Origin: Caldivirga maquilingensis IC-167
Lineage (GTDB): Archaea; Thermoproteota; Thermoprotei; Thermoproteales; Thermocladiaceae
Assembly (NCBI RefSeq): GCF_000018305.1
Contig: NC_009954.1
Coordinates: forward strand, 360,001-392,000
Reading direction: 5' to 3'
DNA length: 32,000 nucleotides
This document shows, one piece after another, positions 25,237 to 32,000 of this stretch. The notes below the pieces were generated by a model. It was not told where the DNA came from and did no database searches. It was given only the letters and a program-made list of their open reading frames with translations. The position numbers and the translations under genes are program-made. Each line of letters begins with the position of its first letter. Positions within the stretch are counted from its first letter, which is position 1.

Positions 25237-26523
25237 CTATGCTGAATAAGCGCCGGCAGCTAACTTAGCTGCATTATAACCTGGTACACCAGTTACCTGT
25301 CCACCTGGGTAATTACCGGCACTCCCCTGGAATAGGTTAAGGAACTGGGTCCTGTACCCTGGCCTCCCATTAAGCACATATGGTGTCCTCATTGGTATAT
25401 GATTAACGTCACCATTAGGTACATTATACGTAACCTCAGCATCCCTGGGTGTTAACTCATCTATTACCAGAGCCTTCTCACGGATGTCAGGCATCATGTC
25501 TAGTAATGAGCCTAAGTCACCCATAAACTCTAAAACAACCCCACCCCTAGTTTCATCAAGTATTGATGGTATCACCAATTCCCCAGCATCAGTATCTATT
25601 ATTGAGTGAGCGTAGGGCCTTAATTCAGGGGGGATTCTTGGGTAATCCTTAAGCACGATATTATACTTCCTCCAACCAGGCCTAGGTATACGCCAACCAC
25701 TCCCCCTACCCTTAATCCATTGATCAAGCAGTATTGGGCTAACTGAGGAGACAATTACATCACCCTTTAAGACACCTACATTCGTGGCAACGCCAGTCAC
25801 TATGTCTCCCTTAAACTCTAATCCATTAACCCTAACCCCTAGGCGTATATTAACGCCGATGCTTAAGGCATACTTCAACATTACATCACCCACAGTACCC
25901 ATACCTCCTTTCACAAAGGACCAGTCAGGTGAGTAGAAGTAGGCTATTAGGTATGCTGGGGAATTCTCCATACCCGGGTACATGAAGGTGTAGTGGAGGT
26001 CTGGGGATAAGTATTCACTCAGTACTCTACTGCATGATTCCTCAATAAACTCCTCAACACCAAGCTTAACAGCCTCATCCCTAATCTCACTCACTGAGGG
26101 TGGTTCATTAACGAACGTGAACTTACTCTCCATTAACTCCTTGAATTTAAGCAACTTATCCTCGAATTCAGGGAACTTAACTTCACCAGCCTTAACCAAC
26201 GCCTCAACCCTCTTATCCCTATCCCTCCAGAAGGGTATTAGCCTACCGTCAATGTAAACTACTTGAAATGGATCCTGCCTAATCACGGGTATGTTGAATT
26301 TATCCACGAATCGCTTAGGCATTAGACCTAGTACGTATGAAGCCCTACTAACCTTCACACCCATAATGGTTTCAGTATCAGCCATACCACCAACCTTACC
26401 CCTAGCCTCAATTAATGTAACATTGAATCCACTCTCCCTAAGCGTTACAGCAGCCATTAACCCATTATGGCCACCACCAATCACTAAGGCGGTCTTAACC
26501 ATGGTTAATGAACTATGCTGCAA
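25237..26523 (-). CDS. FAD/NAD(P)-binding oxidoreductase (phytoene desaturase/amine oxidase-like)
   Basis: 428 aa. N-terminal dinucleotide fold ALVIGGGHNGLMAAVTLRESGFNVTLIEARGKVGG. Confidence 0.65.
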   Translation of the reverse strand: MQHSSLTMVKTALVIGGGHNGLMAAVTLRESGFNVTLIEARGKVGGMADTETIMGVKVSRASYVLGLMPKRFVDKFNIPVIRQDPFQVVYIDGRLIPFWRDRDKRVEALVKAGEVKFPEFEDKLLKFKELMESKFTFVNEPPSVSEIRDEAVKLGVEEFIEESCSRVLSEYLSPDLHYTFMYPGMENSPAYLIAYFYSPDWSFVKGGMGTVGDVMLKYALSIGVNIRLGVRVNGLEFKGDIVTGVATNVGVLKGDVIVSSVSPILLDQWIKGRGSGWRIPRPGWRKYNIVLKDYPRIPPELRPYAHSIIDTDAGELVIPSILDETRGGVVLEFMGDLGSLLDMMPDIREKALVIDELTPRDAEVTYNVPNGDVNHIPMRTPYVLNGRPGYRTQFLNLFQGSAGNYPGGQVTGVPGYNAAKLAAGAYSA

Positions 26524-26718
26524 TATATAAGAGTATCCTCATGTCCACGGAAGACTTTAATATGCCGCTAATTAAACTGTAATTACCTCATGGTGAATAT
26601 ACTATTAATGCTTTACTCATGTACAGTGGTTGAGAAGCCTTGATTCTTCGTAATATAAGCATTATGCTAAATGTAGTTGGCGGATAAATTTATAATTCTG
26701 GGTTATTAGGTTAAGCTA

Positions 26719-28014
26719 ATGAATCTAAGTGACGCCATTAATGCGGTAAATAGGGTAAAGGATATAATAAATAGTCATAATACGTGGAGGAGGAAGGAGA
26801 CCATAAACCTTATACCAAGTGAAAACGTTATGTCACCCCTGGCTGAGTACTTCTACATAAACGACATGATGGGTAGGTACGCAGAGGGCACTATAGGTAA
26901 TAGGTATTATCAAGGTGTTAAGTATGTTGATGAAATTGAGGCGTATTTAGTTGATCTCATGTCTAAACTATTCCACGCAAGCTATGTTGATGTAAGGCCT
27001 ATTTCAGGCACGGTGGCTAACATGGCTGTTTACTTAACGTTAGCTAAGGGTGGTAAGATTGCTGCAGTGCCAAGGCAGTGTGGTGGGCATATTAGTCATG
27101 ATGAAGTTGGTGCCCCAGGGGCATTTGGGATTAAGGTAATTCACCTACCTTGTGATGAGGAGAACTTCAGCATTAACGTTGACTCAGCGGTAAAGGTCAT
27201 TAGGGAGGAGAAGCCTCAATTAGTCATACTGGGTGCGTCACTTTACCTATTCCCGCACCCAGTTAAGGAGCTTGCCCAGGTGGCTCATGAGAATGGGGCC
27301 TACTTAATGCATGATTCAGCTCACGTACTCGGGTTGATAGCTGGTGGTCAATTCCCCAATTCACTTAATGAGGGTGCAGACTTAATGACATCCTCAACAC
27401 ATAAGACCTTCCCAGGGCCTCAAGGTGGTGTAATATTCACTAATAATGAGTCTATCTTCAAGAACATTCAGAGAGCAGTCTTCCCACAGTTAACATCAAA
27501 CTACCACCTGCATAGGTACGCCTCCACCGCGATAACGGCTATTGAAATGATGACATTCGGTGAATCCTACGCCTACCAAGTAAGGTTAAATGCGAAGAAA
27601 CTGGCTGAGGAGTTAAGCAAGTACGGTATACCAGTGGTGGCTGAGGCTAGGGGCTTCACTGAGACTCATCAAGTTGTCTTCGATGCCTCTAAATTCGGTG
27701 GTGGAGCTAAGGTTGCTCAACTGCTTGAGGATGGTGGAATAATCGTTAACAAGAATATGCTACCCTGGGATAGGAGCGCAGTGAGGCCTAGTGGCATTAG
27801 GATGGGTGTTCAGGAAATGACCAGGGTGGGTATGGGTACTCAGGAAATGGCTGAGATTGCTGCATTCATGAAAGCGATACTGATTGATGGTAAGGAACCA
27901 AGCTCAGTTAAGGGTGAGGTTAAGGAGTTTAAGGCCCATTACACTGAGGTTAAGTACGGCTTCAAACTGAGTGACGTAGGCATTAAATGTGATTGCCTAC
28001 CACTTAATTACTAG
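26719..28014 (+). CDS. glyA: Serine hydroxymethyltransferase
   Basis: 431 aa. [10 protein letters not shown] and [14 protein letters not shown] (PLP-lysine motif). Confidence 0.95.
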
Positions 28015-28057
28015 TTGCTTTTAAGTTAAGAAATGGTTTATTAAGCCTACTCACCAT

Positions 28058-29044
28058 ATGGTTAAGGTGTCTTCAACATTAAGCGTTAGTGAATTAAGGA
28101 GACTGGGCGAGGAGGCTCTTAGCGAGATTACTAGGCATGGTCAATTAGTGGTTGAACCAGTCTTCAAGACACTTAACAAGGACTTAGCTAACACGGCTGA
28201 TAGGGTTAAGGTCTTCTACATGAACTTCATTGATAAGTATAGAAGGGGTAAGATAACCTTCGGGGAGGGTTTGAGGAATTACTTATCCATTGATGGCGTG
28301 GAGAACTTGGCTAGGTATCTTACGTTAACCGCATCAATACTTTCATCAATTAGGGTTGTTAGGGTTACTAAGTTCTATGATTCAATAAGTGGTGTTGCTG
28401 ATTACATGGTTAAGTTCATTAATAATCCTGTTAAGGATAATGGGGTTAAGTTAGCTGAGGAGTTCGTTAAGAATTATGGGGAGGCTGAATTCCGGCAGGT
28501 TAATGATGCCGTTAAGAACTATGCCCTAAGCCTAAGGGCAGTTGCAAGGAGGGGTGGTTTAGCTAAGGAGTTCGCAGTCATTAGAAGTTACATTAACCTG
28601 GAGAACTTCATAAGGAACTTCATGACCCCCTACTCCACGGCTCATAGGAATAAGAGTGTTAGGATAATGATAAGGTGGATTGCCCATGAATCCGGGGCGC
28701 CGTTGGCACTTAAGGTAATGTTGAGGGGTCAGAATAAATTATACATACCCATTGGTGACATGTATACTGCCTCAGCGGTGATAAGGAGTGGGGCTTACCT
28801 TGTGCTTATAGATGATAATAGGGTTAAGACACTGTACGTTAATTTAAGTAAGGGTGAGGTTAAGATACCTTATAAGGTGGCTAGGGTTATTGCAGTTAAA
28901 ACCATTAGGAGGAGCAGTGACCCAATAGCTGCTGAGAAGGGGGCCTATGACATCGGGTTCAACTGCTCAAATAACCAATGTACTGATTGCCCAATAGATG
29001 GGTACTGCTTCAAATTCACATCATTCACCATTAACCTTGATTAA
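28058..29044 (+). CDS. Hypothetical protein with a C-terminal C-x4-C-x2-C-x5-C motif (Fe-S cluster-loop-like); possibly DUF2400/HhH-GPD-like
   Basis: 328 aa. NKSVRIMIRWIAHE...LYIPIGDMYTASAV...DPIAAEKGAYDIGFNCSNNQCTDCPIDGYC. The family assignment comes from memory of sequence patterns only. Confidence 0.55.
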   Translation: MVKVSSTLSVSELRRLGEEALSEITRHGQLVVEPVFKTLNKDLANTADRVKVFYMNFIDKYRRGKITFGEGLRNYLSIDGVENLARYLTLTASILSSIRVVRVTKFYDSISGVADYMVKFINNPVKDNGVKLAEEFVKNYGEAEFRQVNDAVKNYALSLRAVARRGGLAKEFAVIRSYINLENFIRNFMTPYSTAHRNKSVRIMIRWIAHESGAPLALKVMLRGQNKLYIPIGDMYTASAVIRSGAYLVLIDDNRVKTLYVNLSKGEVKIPYKVARVIAVKTIRRSSDPIAAEKGAYDIGFNCSNNQCTDCPIDGYCFKFTSFTINLD

Positions 29045-29052
29045 TGAATAAA

Positions 29053-29640
29053 CTACGGGGTCCACCACTCGAACCCTATTAACTTAAGACTATTCATATG
29101 CTTAACAGCCAATACGAAGGTTTTCCTAACCGTATGACTCAACCTAGCCGCCCTGGTAACATCCAGTGCAGTTATGTTGCGTCCAGGGTCAATTAAGTGA
29201 ACCAGCATTGGTGCATGATCAATACCAGGCCCCTTCTCATAAACTGCGTATAGTGAACCGAATTTTAAACCACTCCTAACCACGTAACCCCTATCCCTAA
29301 AGTACTTGTATAATTCGTAAACCAATTCCCCATGCTCATACCTCCCCTCCACAAACTCCTTAAGGGTACCCCTACCCACCACTGAACCATTATCAACAAC
29401 CTCCAGTAGACCTAATTCAACTAGGTAAAGCGCCTCAAGCGGCGACAGGTGTAGTGGGGAATCCACTGAATCAACTTCCTCAATCTTAATCTTATCCTTA
29501 CCTAGGAATTTACCGAAGAAGCCAAGCTTATAGAGTGCCCTGGATTCATCAATACTAGGTATAATAACCTTATCACCCTTAAGTACCCCCCTATACTTAG
29601 CAATAGTCCTCCCTCTAGCACCCTGAGCCATATAATTCAA
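29053..29640 (-). CDS. endA: tRNA-splicing endonuclease, catalytic subunit
   Basis: 195 aa. YFRDRGYVVRSGLKFGSLYAVYEKGPGIDHAPMLVHL and RLSHTVRKTFVLAV carry the catalytic Tyr/His/Lys context. Confidence 0.9.
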   Translation of the reverse strand: MNYMAQGARGRTIAKYRGVLKGDKVIIPSIDESRALYKLGFFGKFLGKDKIKIEEVDSVDSPLHLSPLEALYLVELGLLEVVDNGSVVGRGTLKEFVEGRYEHGELVYELYKYFRDRGYVVRSGLKFGSLYAVYEKGPGIDHAPMLVHLIDPGRNITALDVTRAARLSHTVRKTFVLAVKHMNSLKLIGFEWWTP

Positions 29641-29688
29641 CTACCACTATAACATTTTATAAACCTATACTTAATCAGCAGCCTTAAT

Positions 29689-30246
29689 TTGGAGTTGAAT
29701 GGCAAATACTGGCTAGGGACTTTATCGGTTAATTTATTAAAAGGCATCAGTAATGTAGGAAGCATGGTTATTACAGGGGAGGAGCTTAAGGCAATACTTA
29801 GGAATTATCCAACAGGGGTCACTATTGTAACCACTGTTAATAATGGGGAATACTATGGATTAACCGTTAACTCATTTACCTCAATTTCCCTTAACCCACC
29901 ACTGGTTCTAGTGGCGTTGGATAAGAGTGTGGCGTCGCATAAAGCCATTAATGAGTCTGGGGTTTACGCAGTTAATATACTGCCTTACGATATGAGGGAT
30001 TTAGCCATTAAGTTCGCCACAGCCCCAAGGGAGGAGAGGTTTAAGGGGTTAAGGATCATTACCGCTAAGACTGGTTCACCAATTATTAATGGTTCAATAG
30101 CCTACCTAGACTGCAGGGTTGTGGCTAAGTATGATGCCGGTGACCACACTTTATTCATAGGGCAGGTTGAGGACGGCAGGGTACTTAACGCTAAGCCACC
30201 GTTAATATACTTGAATAGGAATTACTACACTATTCAATCCCCATAA
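29689..30246 (+). CDS. Flavin reductase-like FMN-binding domain protein
   Basis: 185 aa. LRNYPTGVTIVTT...GLTVNSFTSISLNPPLVLVALDKS...GDHTLFIGQV. The likely true start is the internal Met at 29764. Confidence 0.85.
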   Translation: MELNGKYWLGTLSVNLLKGISNVGSMVITGEELKAILRNYPTGVTIVTTVNNGEYYGLTVNSFTSISLNPPLVLVALDKSVASHKAINESGVYAVNILPYDMRDLAIKFATAPREERFKGLRIITAKTGSPIINGSIAYLDCRVVAKYDAGDHTLFIGQVEDGRVLNAKPPLIYLNRNYYTIQSP

Positions 30247-30320
30247 CCCTACATCCACACCAGGTGAAGTAATACTAATTTAAGGCACAATACTTAATTA
30301 GCTTAAGTAACGCCTCTACT

Positions 30321-31262
30321 ATGGAGGATTGGTTAAGGGGACTTAGGGCAATTATGGTTAGGAGCCTAAACTACAATAAGTTACCCATACCCGTTGAGAG
30401 AAGCGTATGCAGTGAATGGGTTAATGGAGTGAATATTCCTGAATCAGGAGACACATTACTCTACACCTCATGCCTCTACCAACTCGTACCATACATAAAC
30501 GCATTCACGGGCCTAATGGAGAAGGCGTCGCCTGAATCATTAGGCCCCCTAGTCAGTAGGTTTAGTGGCGCGGTTATCACTATGGCTAGGGTTATTTTAA
30601 AGCCACCTAGAAGTGAGATTGATAGGGTTAATGGGATTGTTAAATCCATCGCTAACCTACTCATTAAGAATGGTGTTGAATTCACCTTCATGCCTGATGA
30701 ACCCTACTCAGGGGCGTTACTATATGAGTTGGGGTTTGAGGATGACTTCAAGGACTACTTCTCATCAATTGTACTTAATTACTTTAAGAGTAAGGGAATT
30801 AAGACAGTTATAACCATTGATCCGCACACTCACCATATATTAACGGTAGTGGCCCCTAGATTCTTCGGGGATCTGGGTATTAGGGTTGTGAATTACATGG
30901 AGTTAATTAAGGGTGTTGATAAGGCTAAGTTGAGTAGAGTGGTTATTCATGATTCATGCCTATACTCAAGGTACCTCGGTATGAGGGAAACCTACAGGAG
31001 ATTACTGGAGCAGGCTGGGGTTGAGCATGTTGAGGATCCCTACGTAACAGGGATTTCAACATCAATGTGCTGCGGTGGTCCGGTGGAATCCATTAAACCA
31101 TCATTATCAAATAAGGTTGCTAGAAACAGGGTTGAATCATTATCCAGGTTGTCAAATAATGTAGTTGTGGCTTGCCCAATATGCTACGCTAACCTATCCA
31201 GGAACAGTAACGGTAGGGTTAAGATACTTGACTTAGCTGAGGTACTAAGTGGTGCTCAGTAG
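30321..31262 (+). CDS. Cysteine-rich (CCG) domain Fe-S oxidoreductase (HdrB/GlcF/LutA-like)
   Basis: 313 aa with two CCG-type halves: LLYTSCLYQ...TIDPHTHH and IHDSCLYSR...SMCCGGP...ACPICYANL. Confidence 0.7.
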   Translation: MEDWLRGLRAIMVRSLNYNKLPIPVERSVCSEWVNGVNIPESGDTLLYTSCLYQLVPYINAFTGLMEKASPESLGPLVSRFSGAVITMARVILKPPRSEIDRVNGIVKSIANLLIKNGVEFTFMPDEPYSGALLYELGFEDDFKDYFSSIVLNYFKSKGIKTVITIDPHTHHILTVVAPRFFGDLGIRVVNYMELIKGVDKAKLSRVVIHDSCLYSRYLGMRETYRRLLEQAGVEHVEDPYVTGISTSMCCGGPVESIKPSLSNKVARNRVESLSRLSNNVVVACPICYANLSRNSNGRVKILDLAEVLSGAQ

Positions 31263-31263
31263 C

Positions 31264-31503
31264 CTAATCCTCAATAACGTTAATACCCCTTGAGCGAGCA
31301 TACTGCAGTAGCCTACTAATACTACTCCATGACTTAGCCTTAACCAGAACCACGTCACCAAGAACCTCACTGATGAGCCCAAGTTCCCTCACCTTATCTT
31401 CAATGAGCCTAAATACCTCAATACCCATAGCCACTGTGAAGAAACCGTCTGGTCCACGTATCTTACGGGCGTTAATTGAGTCAAGCCTTAAACCACGCCT
31501 CAC
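31264..31503 (-). CDS. Small basic hypothetical protein (79 aa)
   Basis: ORF whose ATG overlaps the stop of the upstream 109-aa ORF by 4 nt (translational coupling). Arg-rich. No recognisable motif. Confidence 0.45.
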   Translation of the reverse strand: MRRGLRLDSINARKIRGPDGFFTVAMGIEVFRLIEDKVRELGLISEVLGDVVLVKAKSWSSISRLLQYARSRGINVIED

Positions 31504-31829
31504 TTAACCACCCCCATTTTAATTAAGGCGCTATTAATAATCCTCATAACCTCCACTGCCTTATCAATTAAGTCCAGGTCCTTGGGCATTATGGTGAAGT
31601 TCTCGTCACCAACAGCGTACTCCACATTGCATTCAGTGTCTTCACATAGTATTGATATGAATACTGAAAAATCCTCGGTTAACTTAACCATAATAAGCTT
31701 CTCTGATCCATAATCCTCAACGGTAACCTGCCCGTAATTCCTAATCTCATTAATTAATTTACCAATAATTTCATTAACATTAATAGGCATCATGATGCTT
31801 CCTATCCCAAGAATATAAAGGTTACTCAC
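31500..31829 (-). CDS. Small acidic hypothetical protein (109 aa)
   Basis: ORF with host-like codon usage. Asp/Glu-rich. Coupled to the downstream 79-aa ORF by a 4-bp overlap. No recognisable motif. Confidence 0.45.
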   Translation of the reverse strand: MSNLYILGIGSIMMPINVNEIIGKLINEIRNYGQVTVEDYGSEKLIMVKLTEDFSVFISILCEDTECNVEYAVGDENFTIMPKDLDLIDKAVEVMRIINSALIKMGVVK

Positions 31830-32000
31830 GCTTGTTTTAAAGGCCTATTAATGAGCTAACTCATGGTTAAGGTCACTTTAGGTAAACTTAAATACTGGTA
31901 TTACATATTACTAAGTGCTAATGAATCATATTGGCATAATGTTTAACGTGAGGTACCTGGATCCCCTAAGGGATGGTGAATTGGTTATTTCCTTCTATAA

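Noticed and set aside
31921-32000. Open frame starting ATG 31921 (MNHIGIMFNVRYLDPLRDGELVISFY...) and running off the window, preceded by cttaaata about 26-33 nt upstream
   Set aside because: Only 26 codons are visible and no motif is present, which is insufficient to call a gene.

Overview
The window reads as chromosomal DNA from a crenarchaeon of the Thermoproteales type (Vulcanisaeta/Caldivirga-like). This is inferred from gene content: archaeal GlyRS, EndA, ApgM, A-type ATPase subunit B, prefoldin beta, tungsten AOR, a fused 3-hydroxyacyl-CoA dehydrogenase/enoyl-CoA hydratase, and a Sulfolobus-family CRISPR repeat. Most of 5.4-32 kb is ordinary, densely packed housekeeping and metabolic sequence: MFS transporter plus PfkB kinase, pyrG, FAH hydrolase, GT2 synthase, glyS, HBD/ECH, aor, apgM, pfdB, atpB, trm5, glyA, endA, flavin reductase and a CCG Fe-S protein. 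The first 5.3 kb is unusual for three reasons. (1) The ribosomal protein uS12 gene (rps12) enters the window interrupted by a LAGLIDADG-type intein. The intein ends ...GLVTGN|CVRVQL, inside the universally conserved QPNSAIRK|CVRVQL decoding loop. (2) A decayed second copy of the rps12 3' end lies 4.1 kb downstream (48/55 nt identical, 21-nt perfect core). Weaker collinear matches upstream of it suggest a whole rps12 relic without an intein. (3) The DNA between the two copies looks like a decaying or inserted block. It holds a frameshifted retropepsin-like protease, a multiply frameshifted cbiX-like pseudogene, a 7/11-residue tandem-repeat coiled-coil gene, and three copies of a GT-rich ~50-nt element, each just 5' of a TATA-like box. 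Elsewhere there is an orphan mini-CRISPR (3 identical 25-nt repeats, 2 spacers, no cas genes in the window) between pyrG and the FAH gene. Several uncharacterised genes are also present: a 328-aa protein with a C-terminal 4-Cys loop, a 365-aa orphan, a 4-bp-overlapping pair of small genes, and a three-gene small-membrane-protein operon. All calls rest on by-eye motif recognition and alignment. No database searches were run.
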